64,000 nucleotides of DNA from an uncultured Acidobacteriota bacterium (GCA_963720545.1 OY970399.1:2240001-2304000); one strand, 5' to 3'. Positions 48,880-58,643 are shown, numbered from the stretch's first letter. Made by a program: numbers and translations. Notes: generated from the letters alone by a model not told the origin.

Positions 48880-49906
48880 GGGGAGGATCGTCTCGGGCCG
48901 GCCGGTCGACGACGACCTCGGCTTCGACCAGTCGCTGCGCCCGCGCACCCTCGACGAATACGTCGGCCAGCCGGCGGTGGTCGCGAACCTGCGGGTCGCA
49001 ATCGAGGCGGCGCGCTCGCGCGGCGACGCGCTCGATCATGTGCTGCTGTCCGGGCCGCCCGGCGTCGGCAAGACCTCGCTCGCCCATGTGGTCGCGGCCG
49101 AGCTCGGCGCGCCGATCAAGTCGACCGCCGGCCCCGTCATCGAACGCGCCGGCGACCTTGCGGCATTGCTCACGGCGCTCGAGCCGCGCGAGGTGCTGTT
49201 CATCGACGAGATCCACCGCCTCGACGCCAAGATCGAGGAAATCCTTTACCCGGCGCTCGAGGACTACACCCTCGACCTGATGATCGGCACGGGCCCCGGC
49301 GCCAAGTCGATGAAGATCCCGCTGAAGCCGTTCACCCTGGTGGCCGCGACCACCCGCGCCGGCCTGCTGACGGCGCCGCTGCGCAGCCGCTTCGGCATCG
49401 TCCACCGCCTCGACTTCTATTCCCAGGCCGAGCTCGAGTTCATCGTCCGCCGTTCGGCGCGCATCCTCGACGTGCCGCTCGATGCCGCCGGTGCCGCGGA
49501 GATCGCCCAGCGCAGCCGCGGCACGCCGCGCATCGTCAACCGGCTGCTGCGGCGCGTGCGCGACTACGCGCAGGTGCGCGCCGACGGCACGATCAACGCC
49601 GCGGTCGCCCGCGACGCGCTGCGGCTCCTGGAGGTGGACGAGCACGGCTTCGACGACGTCGACCGCAAGCTGCTGCTCACCATCATCGACAAGTTCGGCG
49701 GCGGGCCGGTTGGCGTCGCGGCGCTCGCCGCGGCGGTCAGCGAAGCGGTCGACGCGATCGAAGACATGTACGAGCCGTACCTGCTGCAGCTCGGCTTCAT
49801 CGACCGCACGCCGCGCGGCCGGGTGGCGACGCGCCGCGCCTATGAGCACCTCGGCCGTGTGCCGCCGCGCGACGCCGAGCCCGCCAACAAGAAGCTGTTC
49901 ACCTGA
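48872..49906 (+). CDS. ruvB: Holliday junction ATPase RuvB
   Basis: [41 protein letters not shown]. Confidence 0.98.
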   Translation: MVEGRIVSGRPVDDDLGFDQSLRPRTLDEYVGQPAVVANLRVAIEAARSRGDALDHVLLSGPPGVGKTSLAHVVAAELGAPIKSTAGPVIERAGDLAALLTALEPREVLFIDEIHRLDAKIEEILYPALEDYTLDLMIGTGPGAKSMKIPLKPFTLVAATTRAGLLTAPLRSRFGIVHRLDFYSQAELEFIVRRSARILDVPLDAAGAAEIAQRSRGTPRIVNRLLRRVRDYAQVRADGTINAAVARDALRLLEVDEHGFDDVDRKLLLTIIDKFGGGPVGVAALAAAVSEAVDAIEDMYEPYLLQLGFIDRTPRGRVATRRAYEHLGRVPPRDAEPANKKLFT

Positions 49907-49910
49907 AACC

Positions 49911-50969
49911 CTGAAGACCGCAGACTTCCACTACGACCTGCCGTCAGGCGCCATCGCCCAGGAGCCGCTGGCGCAGCGCGACGCCTCGCGCCTCCTGGTG
50001 CTCGACCGCGCCACCGGTGCCATCGCTCACCGCACCTTCGGCGAATTGCCGAGCCTGCTGCGGCCCGGTGACCTGCTGGTCACGAACCGCAGCCGCGTGT
50101 TCCCGGCGCGGCTCGTCGCACGCCGGCCGGGCGGCGGCGCCGCCGAGGTGCTCCTGGTCTCGCCACGCAGCGCCGACGGGCGGCAGTGGAGCGCATGGCT
50201 GCGGCCCGGTCGCCGCATCCGGCGCGGCGACACGCTGTTCGTTTCCGGGCACCTCAGTGTCGTGATCGAGGAGGCAGAGTCGCAAAGCGACGGACGCCGC
50301 CAGGTCAGCCTGCAGACGAGCGCCGCCGACGGCTGGGCGGCGCTCGACGCCGAGGGCCGCGTGCCGCTGCCGCCCTACATCAAGCGCGGCGGGGAAGACC
50401 GCGACCTTGACCGCGAGCGCTACCAGACGGTGTTTGCGCGCGAGCGCGGCAGCGTTGCGGCACCCACCGCCGGCCTGCATTTCAGCGCGGAGCTGCTGCG
50501 CGAACTGGAGGAAAAAGGCATCGAGCGCGCCGAGGTCGTCCTGCACGTCGGGCCGGGTACGTTCCAACCCGTCAAGGTCGAGGACGTCTCGGACCACCGG
50601 GTCGCCGCCGAGCCGTACCAAGTTCCCGAGGCGGCCGCCGACGCGTTCGCGAACGCCCGCCGGCGCGGCGCGCGCATCGTCGCGGTGGGCACGACCAGCG
50701 TCCGCACACTCGAAACGGCGGCAGTGCCGGGCCACGGCCCCGCGCCCGAGATCGCACCGGGCAGCGGCGAAACGAGCCTCGTGATCTACCCGCCGTATCA
50801 ATTTCGCGCGACCGACGCCCTCATCACCAACTTCCACCTGCCGCGGTCCTCCCTGCTGCTGCTGGTCGCCGCCTTTGCGGGGCGTGAGCGGGTGCTGGCC
50901 GCCTACCGCGAGGCGATTGCGCAGGGTTACCGCTTCTACAGCTACGGCGACGCCATGCTGATCCTCTAG
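49911..50969 (+). CDS. queA: SAM:tRNA ribosyltransferase-isomerase QueA; probable CTG start
   Basis: KTADFHYDLP..IAQEP, PLPPYI, YQTVFA, AAPTAGLHF, HVGPGTF, TNFHLP, YRFYSYGDAM. Confidence 0.95.
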   Translation: MKTADFHYDLPSGAIAQEPLAQRDASRLLVLDRATGAIAHRTFGELPSLLRPGDLLVTNRSRVFPARLVARRPGGGAAEVLLVSPRSADGRQWSAWLRPGRRIRRGDTLFVSGHLSVVIEEAESQSDGRRQVSLQTSAADGWAALDAEGRVPLPPYIKRGGEDRDLDRERYQTVFARERGSVAAPTAGLHFSAELLRELEEKGIERAEVVLHVGPGTFQPVKVEDVSDHRVAAEPYQVPEAAADAFANARRRGARIVAVGTTSVRTLETAAVPGHGPAPEIAPGSGETSLVIYPPYQFRATDALITNFHLPRSSLLLLVAAFAGRERVLAAYREAIAQGYRFYSYGDAMLIL

Positions 50970-51041
50970 CTTGAGCTTGCGCGGCGACCCGGTAAGATGC
51001 CGACGACGGCCACTTTCGACAAGCGGAACAGGAGCATCGGG

Positions 51042-51662
51042 ATGCAAAGCAATACCACCAGCCGCCGCTGCGACGAAGCCATCTCGGCCTTCGACCTGCT
51101 GGATCATCCTTTCTATCGTGCCTGGAGCGACGGCACCCTGCAGGTCGCGGCGCTGCGCGACTACGCCCGCGACTACGGCGCCTTCATCGCCGCCATCGAC
51201 GGCGGCTGGCGCACGCTCGGCGAAGCGCAGATCGCCGAACACGAGGTGGCGCACGCGCGCCTCTGGGAGCGTAGCTTCGCCGCCTCGCTCGGCACCGCCG
51301 TTGCAAGCGACGCGCCGCAGACGGAGCAGGCGGCGGCGCTCCTCGCAACGACACGCGAGCTGTTCGCCGCGGCGCCGAGCGCCATCGGCGCGCTCTACGC
51401 GTTCGAGGCGCAGCAGCCGAAGACGGCAAACAGCAAGCTGGCCGGCCTCAAGAGCCACTACGCCGCGCTGCCCGCGGCCTGCGCCGAGTACTTCGAGCTG
51501 CACAGCGGCGACTACGACGAGACCACGCTGCTCGTCGAGCGCATGGGCGCCATGAGCGAGGCCGACAGCGACCAGGCGGTCGCCGCGTGCCGCCAGATGA
51601 GCCGGGCGCTCTACCAGGCCCTCTCCGGAATTCACGCGCCGTACGCGCAGGCCTGCGAGTAG
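51042..51662 (+). CDS. CADD/PqqC-like heme-oxygenase-fold dimetal enzyme
   Basis: LLDHPFYRAW..GTL, E..H..LW, ALYAFEAQ.P, K..GL..HY, YF.LH..D; AGGAG RBS before ATG 51042. Confidence 0.78.
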   Translation: MQSNTTSRRCDEAISAFDLLDHPFYRAWSDGTLQVAALRDYARDYGAFIAAIDGGWRTLGEAQIAEHEVAHARLWERSFAASLGTAVASDAPQTEQAAALLATTRELFAAAPSAIGALYAFEAQQPKTANSKLAGLKSHYAALPAACAEYFELHSGDYDETTLLVERMGAMSEADSDQAVAACRQMSRALYQALSGIHAPYAQACE

Positions 51663-51672
51663 CGTCACTCGC

Positions 51673-51719
51673 TGCCCCCCAAGTTCTTGACAGGCCTCGG
51701 CCTGGGGGGCACAATTTTT
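51673..51719 (+). terminator. Putative intrinsic terminator overlapping a sigma70 promoter
   Basis: Perfect 9-bp inverted repeat TGCCCCCCA/TGGGGGGCA, then ATTTTT; contains TTGACA(51687)-17-CACAAT(51710). Confidence 0.55.
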
Positions 51720-51747
51720 CGTCGAAGACCACCAACTCTTTTCGACG

Positions 51748-52278
51748 ATGGAACAAACGCTCGTCCTGAACGCGACGTACGAACCGCTCAGGATCGTTCC
51801 CTGGCAAAAAGCGATCACGCTTTTGTTCCAGGGCAAGGTCGAGGTCATCGCCAACCACGACCGGGAGATCCGCGGCGTAACGGTGCGGGTGAAGCTGCCG
51901 TCCGTGCTGCGCCTGCTCCGTCACGTCCGTATGAAACGCACCTTCGCGGACGTGCCCTTCTCGCGCTCGAACGTCTACGCTCGCGACGAATACACCTGCC
52001 AGTACTGCGCGGCGCACCTGCCGCCGGCGGCCCTCACCTTCGACCACGTCCTGCCGGTGGCGCGCGGCGGCCGCAAGACCTGGGACAACATCGTCACCTG
52101 CTGCGTCACCTGCAACCGCACCAAGGGCGATCGCACACCCGAGGAGGCCGGCCTGAGCCTCGTCCGCCGGCCGCGCAAGCCGCCCGCACTGCCCGCCCTC
52201 ACGTTGAGCGTGGGGCTCAAGAGAACACCAGCCAGCTGGCGCGACTACCTGTTCTGGGACATCGCTCTCGGGGGGTGA
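51748..52278 (+). CDS. HNH endonuclease (McrA-like stand-alone family)
   Basis: LVLNATYEPL, RD.YTCQYC, TFDHVLP..RGG..WDNIV.CC..CN..KG. Confidence 0.92.
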   Translation: MEQTLVLNATYEPLRIVPWQKAITLLFQGKVEVIANHDREIRGVTVRVKLPSVLRLLRHVRMKRTFADVPFSRSNVYARDEYTCQYCAAHLPPAALTFDHVLPVARGGRKTWDNIVTCCVTCNRTKGDRTPEEAGLSLVRRPRKPPALPALTLSVGLKRTPASWRDYLFWDIALGG

Positions 52279-52319
52279 AGCGCGCCTGGCGCGCCTCGCT
52301 TTCCACGAGTTCATAACCT

Positions 52320-53441
52320 ATGGGCCTGTCCGGCAACCTGCAGACGATGTCGCTCCCTGAAGTCCTGGAGTGGGCGTCGAACAACACCAAGACCGGCACG
52401 CTCAAGGTCGTGTGGACCGCGGTCGAGAAGCGCGTGGTGTTTCGCAACGGCAAGATCCACAGCTCCTCCTCGAACGACCCGCGCGAGTTCCTCGGCCAGT
52501 TCCTGGTGGGCGAGGGGCTCGTCACCGAGGAGCAGCTGTTCCGCGCCCTGCTGCTGCAGGAATCCGAGGGCGCCCTGCTCGGCACGATCCTGGTCGAGAG
52601 CGGCATCCTCGCCGAGGCGGAACTGCGGCGCCTGCTGAAGCGCAAGGCGCGCGAGACGGTCTACAGCCTGTTCCTGTGGACCCGCGGCGAGTTCGAGTTC
52701 ATCGAGGGCGACGTGCCGGAAACGCCGGTCACGCTCGACCTGACCGCCACCGAAGTCATCTTCGAGGGCGTGCGCCGCGTCGACGAGTGGTCGCGGTTGA
52801 AGCAGCTGTTCCCGACGCTCAAGACCTCGTTCCGGCTGACCGGCAGCTTCGAGAACCTGCCCGAGGACCCGATCCGCCGCAAGGCGCTGCAGCTCGCGAG
52901 CGGCGGGCGCACCCTCGAGGAGATCAGCCTCGAGATCCACCGCTCCGACTTCGACACCGCGTGCCTGTTTCGCGAGCTCTACGAGGCGGGTCTCGTCGCC
53001 GTCGACAAGGTGCTCGCCGAGCCGCCGCCGAGCCAGCGCATCCTCGCGATCAAGGGCATGCTCGACCAGGGCGAAAAGCAGTTCCTGGACGGCAAGCTGG
53101 TGGACGCGCGCCGCTCGTTCGAGAACGTGATCTACCTCGACCGCCTCAACCAGCGCGCCAAGAAGGGGCTACTGGCGGTGAGCGAAGCCGAGACCCGCCG
53201 CCCCAGGCACCAGACCGCGTCGTCCGTCATCACCCTCGATTCGGTGCCGATGCTGCGCGGCGACCTCGCGAGCCTGACGCAGGAGCGGCTCGATCCGCGC
53301 GAGGGCTTCCTGCTGTCGCGCGTCAACGGCGAGTGGAGCGTGCGCTCCATCCTCAAGGTCTGCCCGATGGCCGAGGAGGACGCGCTCGAGCTGCTCGCCG
53401 GCCTCGTCTCGCGCCAGCTGATCGCGATCAAGCCGCGCTGA
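52320..53441 (+). CDS. DUF4388-domain protein with TPR-like and C-terminal winged-helix-like regions
   Basis: LSGNLQTMSLPEVLEW..KTGTL, LGQFLV..GLVTEEQL, LFLWTRGEFEF, EGVRRVDEW, EGFLLSRVNG. Confidence 0.75.
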   Translation: MGLSGNLQTMSLPEVLEWASNNTKTGTLKVVWTAVEKRVVFRNGKIHSSSSNDPREFLGQFLVGEGLVTEEQLFRALLLQESEGALLGTILVESGILAEAELRRLLKRKARETVYSLFLWTRGEFEFIEGDVPETPVTLDLTATEVIFEGVRRVDEWSRLKQLFPTLKTSFRLTGSFENLPEDPIRRKALQLASGGRTLEEISLEIHRSDFDTACLFRELYEAGLVAVDKVLAEPPPSQRILAIKGMLDQGEKQFLDGKLVDARRSFENVIYLDRLNQRAKKGLLAVSEAETRRPRHQTASSVITLDSVPMLRGDLASLTQERLDPREGFLLSRVNGEWSVRSILKVCPMAEEDALELLAGLVSRQLIAIKPR

Positions 53442-53460
53442 CGCGCGGACTTGCGCGGCA

Positions 53461-54474
53461 CTAGAGCGTCTTGCCGACCACCGCGACGATGCGCTGCAGT
53501 TCGCCCACCAGGTCGGCGAAGCTCGCCGGTGTTATCGACTGCGGGCCGTCCGAGAGCGCCCGGTCGGGATCGTGGTGCACCTCGATGAGGACGCCGTCGG
53601 CGCCCACCGCGGCCGCGGCGCGCGACAGCGGCGCCACCTTCTCGCGCCGGCCGGTGCCGTGCGAGGGATCGACCACGATCGGCAGGTGCGAACGGTTCTT
53701 CACTGCCGGCACCACCGACAAGTCGAGGGTGTTGCGCGAGAAATCCGAGAAGGTGCGCACGCCGCGCTCGCACAGGATCACGCCGTAGTTGCCCTCGGAG
53801 AGCACGTACTCGGCCGACATCAGGAACTCCTCGAGCGTCGCCGACATGCCGCGCTTCAGCAGCACCGGCTTTTGCGAGCGCCCGGCGCGCTTCAGCAGCG
53901 TGAAGTTCTGCATGTTGCGCGCGCCGATCTGGATGGCGTCGGCGTAGCGCTCGACGAGCTCGAGGCTGCGCTCGTCGATCGCTTCGGTGACCACCGGCAG
54001 GCCGGTTTCCTCGCGCGCGTCCGCGAGGAACTGCAGGCCCTCCTCGCCCAGCCCCTGGAAGGCATAGGGGCTGGTGCGCGGCTTGAAGGCGCCGCCGCGC
54101 AACACGTGGCCGCCGGCCGCCTTGATCGCGCGCGCCACCGTCAGCACCTGCTCGCGCGACTCGACCGCGCACGGGCCGCCCATGACGACGAAACGGCCGC
54201 CGCCGATCGCCACCGGACCGATGCTGACCACCGTGTCCTCGGGCTTGCTCTCGCGCGACACCAGCTTGTAGGCATGCGTAACCGGGATGACCTCGAGCAC
54301 CCCCGGCAGGCTCTCGAAGGTCGGGGCCTCGACCGAGCCCTTGTTGCCGGTGACGCCGATGGCGGTGCGCTGGACGCCGGGAATGGCATGGGCGCGGTAG
54401 CCGCGAGCCTCGATCGCGGCCATCACCCCGCGGATCTGCTCTTCGGTTGCGTCCTGCCGCATCACCACCAGCAT
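53461..54474 (-). CDS. aroF: DAHP synthase type I-beta with N-terminal regulatory domain
   Basis: GPCAVES, RGGAFKPRTSPY, QIGARNMQNF, LCERG, DPSHG; RBS AAGGAG before ATG 54474. Confidence 0.95.
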   Translation of the reverse strand: MLVVMRQDATEEQIRGVMAAIEARGYRAHAIPGVQRTAIGVTGNKGSVEAPTFESLPGVLEVIPVTHAYKLVSRESKPEDTVVSIGPVAIGGGRFVVMGGPCAVESREQVLTVARAIKAAGGHVLRGGAFKPRTSPYAFQGLGEEGLQFLADAREETGLPVVTEAIDERSLELVERYADAIQIGARNMQNFTLLKRAGRSQKPVLLKRGMSATLEEFLMSAEYVLSEGNYGVILCERGVRTFSDFSRNTLDLSVVPAVKNRSHLPIVVDPSHGTGRREKVAPLSRAAAAVGADGVLIEVHHDPDRALSDGPQSITPASFADLVGELQRIVAVVGKTL

Positions 54475-54569
54475 GAGTTCGCCATCTCCTTGAAACCAAA
54501 GGGGCATTCTACCGGTTGCAGCCCGAGTGCTAGCATCCGCCGCATCGACCGGCCGACAACGGGGGGTGC

Positions 54570-56072
54570 TTGAGCGTGTCCACCATCTTTCGAACCAAGA
54601 GCGTCGCCGACCTGCAGTCGACGCTCGACAATGCCGAGCGCACGCATGGCGGGCTGAAGCGCACCCTCACCACCTTCGACCTGGTGATGCTCGGGATCGG
54701 CGCCGTGATCGGCGCCGGCATCTTCTCGAGCATCGGCACCGCGGCGGTCGGCGAGGTGGCGGCGGACGGCACCGTGATCCGCGCCGGCGCCGGGCCGGCC
54801 CTGATCCTGTCCTTCGCCCTGCTCGGCGTCGTCTGCATGCTGGCCGGCCTCTGCTACGCCGAGCTGACCTCGATGATCCCGATCGCTGGCTCCGCCTACA
54901 CCTACGCCTACGCGACGCTCGGCGAGCTGATCGCCTGGATCATCGGCTGGGACCTGATCCTCGAGTACGCGGTCGGCAACATCGCGGTCGCGATCTCCTG
55001 GTCCAACTACTTCACATCGCTGTTACGCGTGTTCGGCATTGAGATCCCGTTCTGGCTGTGCCACAGCTACCGCGACGTGACCCATTCCTATCCCGAGCAG
55101 CTCGACAAGCTGCCGCTCGTCCTCGGCCATCGCATGTCTTTGAACGTCCCCGCCATCGTCATCGTCGCCGCCATCACGTGGCTGCTGGTGCGCGGCGTGA
55201 AGGAAAGCGCCCGCGCCAACAACGTGATGGTCGCGATCAAGCTCGCGGTGCTCGCCCTGTTCGTCGGCGTCGGCGCGATGCACATCAACCCGGAGAACTG
55301 GCGGCCGTTCGCCCCCAACGGCTGGACCGGCATCCACCAGGGCGCCGCCATCGTGTTTTTCGCCTACATCGGCTTCGACGCCGTCTCGACCGCCGCGGAA
55401 GAGACCAAGGACCCGCAGCGCAGCATGCCGCGCGGCATCTTGTGGTCGCTCGCCATCTGCACGGTGATCTATGTGATCGTCGGCGCGGTCGCCACCGGCA
55501 TCGTGCCGTACACCGCGCTGCGCGGCTCCGATCCGCTGGCGCGCGCCTTCGAAGTCGCCGGGCTGCAGTGGGGCCAGGCGATCATCGCGCTCGGCGCGGT
55601 GATCTCGATGTCGGCGGTGCTGCTCGTCTTCCAGCTCGGCCAGCCGCGCATCTTCTACTCGATGAGCCGCGACGGCCTGCTGCCGCCCTTCTTCCGCCGG
55701 TTGCACTCGAAGTTCCGTACGCCACACGTCACGACCATCCTCACCGGCCTGTTCGTCGCCCTGGGTTCGACCGTGCTCGACGACGACGAGACCTACGACC
55801 TCACCAACATCGGCACCTTGTTCGCCTTCCTGGTCGTCTGCATGGGCGTGCTGGCGCTGCGCATCAAGGACCCCGAGCGGCCGCGGCCCTTCAAGGTCCC
55901 GTTCGTCTGGGTGGTGGCGCCGCTCGGGGTGCTCGCCTGCCTCTACGTGATGCTCGGCCTGCCGACGAAGGCCTGGGAGCGCTTCGGCCTCTGGATGGTC
56001 GTGGGCATCGTCATCTACTTCTTCTACGGGGTTCGCAACAGCGTGCTGCTCAAGAAGGATCCGCCGGCCTGA
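54570..56072 (+). CDS. APC-family (cationic amino acid transporter-like) permease
   Basis: LGIGAVIGAGIF, CYAEL, GSAYTY, FFAYIGFDAVST.AEE, RPFKVP; TTG or GTG start. Confidence 0.93.
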   Translation: MSVSTIFRTKSVADLQSTLDNAERTHGGLKRTLTTFDLVMLGIGAVIGAGIFSSIGTAAVGEVAADGTVIRAGAGPALILSFALLGVVCMLAGLCYAELTSMIPIAGSAYTYAYATLGELIAWIIGWDLILEYAVGNIAVAISWSNYFTSLLRVFGIEIPFWLCHSYRDVTHSYPEQLDKLPLVLGHRMSLNVPAIVIVAAITWLLVRGVKESARANNVMVAIKLAVLALFVGVGAMHINPENWRPFAPNGWTGIHQGAAIVFFAYIGFDAVSTAAEETKDPQRSMPRGILWSLAICTVIYVIVGAVATGIVPYTALRGSDPLARAFEVAGLQWGQAIIALGAVISMSAVLLVFQLGQPRIFYSMSRDGLLPPFFRRLHSKFRTPHVTTILTGLFVALGSTVLDDDETYDLTNIGTLFAFLVVCMGVLALRIKDPERPRPFKVPFVWVVAPLGVLACLYVMLGLPTKAWERFGLWMVVGIVIYFFYGVRNSVLLKKDPPA

Positions 56073-56086
56073 CCGCCTGAAGGCGG

Positions 56087-57202
56087 CTAGTCGTTGCGGC
56101 CCGGCACCTCCGGCAGCCGTTCCAGCAGGCCCTTGAAGCGCACGGGATCGCGAGCGAGGAAGGCGCGCGCCCGCGCGCCATCGAGCCGCGCCTGCGTGAG
56201 GTCAGTGTCGTCGCCGCTCGCCGCGGCGATTCGCACCGAGAGCTCGGCGATGCGCACCCACGCTTCCCCGGCGTGGGGGCCGGCGCCATTATCGGTGAGG
56301 AACGAGCGCCAGTCAGCGCGCAGCGCGCGCATCTCGTCAACCGTCACGGCGCTCCGCTCCGCGAGCGCTGCGTACCGCGCCTCCGCCGCCTTGTAGGGTT
56401 GGGCCCTGCGCAGGCCGAAGCCGCCGGCCTGCTGCGCCATCGCCGACTTCGGCATGGCCGCCGTCTCTCGCGCGCGTGCCTCCGCTTTCTCCTCGGCGGG
56501 CGCCTCGGCGGGTCCCGCGGCTGCGAGGGCCTCGTTGGCGGCGTCCGCGGCCTGTGACGGCGACGGTGCAGGCGGCGCCGCGGCGAAGCCGGGCGCTTCT
56601 CGCAGCGGGGAATCGGCGAGCGCCGCGTCAACGTGCGGGGGTTCGCGCCGGTCCGCCTCGCGTTCGTCCGCGCGCGCCTGGCGCTGCGCGAGGCCGGGCT
56701 CCTGCGCCGCCCGCGGCTTTGCTTCAGGCGCCGCAGGCGCCGCCGCCCCCGGCGGCGCCGATGCCATCGCCACGCCGGCGGGTGGTGCCGGCGTCTGCGT
56801 CTGGTTCGTGAACTGCTCCGGCGGGTTCTGCGAGGGGCGCAAGCCGCGGATCACGAACGGCGCCGCCACGGCCATCAGCAGGGCAGCGGCGGCCGCGTAC
56901 GTCCAGCCCGGCATTGCCCGCGGCGCGCGTGGTCGAGGCGCTGCTGCCAGCGGACTGGCCAGTGTCTGTGGCAGGCGCGCGGCGACGCGGCGCGGCAGCG
57001 CCTCGAAATAGCCGTCCGGGACGTCGGCCGGTCCGCGGCTCTCAGCAGCGAGCAGCGCATCGACGCGCGCGAGCTGCTCGAGCTCGCGCGTGCAGGAGGC
57101 ACAGTCGCGCAGGTGCGCCGCGACCGCGGCTCGCTCCCGCTGGTCGAGCTCGCCGTCTCGCCAGGCGGAGAGCGTCTCGCGCGGATGCACGGGTGCCGTC
57201 AT
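56087..57202 (-). CDS. Zinc-finger (ZAS/zf-HC2) transmembrane anti-sigma factor
   Basis: H..ETLSAWRDGEL...HLRDCASC motif, single TM, Ala/Pro-rich linker; coupled to the ECF sigma gene. Confidence 0.85.
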   Translation of the reverse strand: MTAPVHPRETLSAWRDGELDQRERAAVAAHLRDCASCTRELEQLARVDALLAAESRGPADVPDGYFEALPRRVAARLPQTLASPLAAAPRPRAPRAMPGWTYAAAAALLMAVAAPFVIRGLRPSQNPPEQFTNQTQTPAPPAGVAMASAPPGAAAPAAPEAKPRAAQEPGLAQRQARADEREADRREPPHVDAALADSPLREAPGFAAAPPAPSPSQAADAANEALAAAGPAEAPAEEKAEARARETAAMPKSAMAQQAGGFGLRRAQPYKAAEARYAALAERSAVTVDEMRALRADWRSFLTDNGAGPHAGEAWVRIAELSVRIAAASGDDTDLTQARLDGARARAFLARDPVRFKGLLERLPEVPGRND

Positions 57203-57771
57203 GCGCGCGCCTCCAGCAGGCCGCGCAGCTTCTCGCGGGCGCGCGACAGCCGGCTCATGACGGTGCCGATCGAGATGTCGAGCGCCGCCGCGATCTCCTT
57301 GTAGGACAACTCCTCGACGGCCCGCAGCTGCAGCACCGCGCGCTGTTCGGCCGGCAGTTGCAAAAACGCACGGTTGAGCGCGGCGCGCAGCTCGATTTCG
57401 TCGACCTGCGCGAGTGCGTCGGCGCCGTCCGTGCGGACCGCGGCGAGGCTCTCGTCCTCATCCAGCGGGTCTTCCCGGTTCTCCTTGGCGCGCACCTGGT
57501 TGATCGCGGTGTTGGCGGCGATGCGGCAGATCCACGGGCCGAACGGCCGCGCGAGGTCGAAGCCGGAAAGCGCCTGGTAAGCGCGCAGGAAGGTCTCCTG
57601 AGTCACGTCGTCCGCCAGGTGATGGTGGCGCACGATGCGGCGCGCCACGGCGTAGACCCGCCGCTGGTAGCGAACGACGATTTCCTCGAAAGCAAGGGCA
57701 CTCCCCGCCCGTGCCTTTGCCAGCAGGTCGGCCTCGATCGGGTCAGGGGCCAGGTGGCAGCTCCACTCCAT
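57199..57771 (-). CDS. ECF RNA polymerase sigma factor
   Basis: Region 2 ADDVTQETFLRAY..WICRIA.N; region 4 LSYKEIA..LDISIGTVMSRLSRAR. Confidence 0.93.
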   Translation of the reverse strand: MEWSCHLAPDPIEADLLAKARAGSALAFEEIVVRYQRRVYAVARRIVRHHHLADDVTQETFLRAYQALSGFDLARPFGPWICRIAANTAINQVRAKENREDPLDEDESLAAVRTDGADALAQVDEIELRAALNRAFLQLPAEQRAVLQLRAVEELSYKEIAAALDISIGTVMSRLSRAREKLRGLLEARA

Positions 57772-57862
57772 GTGGCGGGACAGGCAAACGGGCCGTTTCG
57801 AGTGTTACCGGCGTCCCGCGCGGTTTATTCCAGGCGATTGTAGCGACGCCTGGGCGGCAAAG

Positions 57863-57896
57863 AAAAAACGGGGTGGGCCCGAAGGCACCACCCCGT
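57863..57896 (-). terminator. Intrinsic terminator after the OmpA-family gene
   Basis: Minus strand ACGGGGTGGTGCC-TTCG-GGCCCACCCCGT-TTTTT (cUUCGg loop plus U-tract). Confidence 0.85.
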
Positions 57897-57939
57897 CGCG
57901 TGCGCAGCGTCCCCGAGCGAGGACGCCGTCAGAGGAAAA

Positions 57940-58590
57940 CTACTCGAGGAAGTTGATGACCACGCGGCGGTTGGCAGCGCGGTTCGAGGAGTTCTTGTTG
58001 TCGGTCACGGGCTTGTCTTCGCCGTACGAGATCACGCTCATGCGGGCGAGGGCGATGCCGTGCTTGTCGTGGAGGTAGTTGCGAGCCGCGTCGGCGCGCT
58101 CCTCACCGAGCTTCTGGTTGTAGGCTTCCGGGCCGACCGAGTCCGTGTGGCCCTCGATCTCGATGTAGATGCCCTTGTTCTCCGACTTCACGTTGGCAAT
58201 GGCCTCGTCGATCATCGCCTGTGCCTCGGGGCTGAGCGCCGCGCGGTTGAAGGGGAACTGCACCTTGTCGTTCGCGAGGGTCACCGAGTAGATCAGCTTG
58301 CCCTTCGCGGCCTTCTCCGCATCGCTCGCCTTGGTCATGGCGCCGTCTGCCGTCGCCTTGGCCTCGCCGGCCGCGCTCTTGGCCTCGCCGATGCCGGACT
58401 GGGCGTCGGTGTTGACCTTGTCGATCGCGACTTCGCTGTTGCGCACCCGCTCCTGGGTCTTCTCGAGCTCGGTGTTCAGGTTCTCGACCTTGGTGTTGAC
58501 GGCGCCGACTTCACGCGCCACGTACTTCTTGGTGGCGCAACCGCTGACGGCGAATCCCGCCGCGACGACGAGTACGAGTATGGACTTCAT
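57940..58590 (-). CDS. OmpA-family peptidoglycan-binding lipoprotein with coiled-coil stalk
   Basis: Lipobox VSGC, IEGHTDSVG, YNQKLGEERA, SYGE, NRRV. Confidence 0.93.
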   Translation of the reverse strand: MKSILVLVVAAGFAVSGCATKKYVAREVGAVNTKVENLNTELEKTQERVRNSEVAIDKVNTDAQSGIGEAKSAAGEAKATADGAMTKASDAEKAAKGKLIYSVTLANDKVQFPFNRAALSPEAQAMIDEAIANVKSENKGIYIEIEGHTDSVGPEAYNQKLGEERADAARNYLHDKHGIALARMSVISYGEDKPVTDNKNSSNRAANRRVVINFLE

Positions 58591-58643
58591 GGACGACCTC
58601 CGCTTATATGGGCCGCGCCGGCTAATGTGCCGGCCGCCCGGTT

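Noticed and set aside
46993..50969. yebC-ruvCAB-queA as a novel cluster
   Set aside because: This is a well-known conserved gene order.
51663..52278. HNH gene as an IscB/HEARO-type RNA-guided system
   Set aside because: No PLMP or RuvC motifs, only 85 nt of upstream intergenic space, and no transposon ends.
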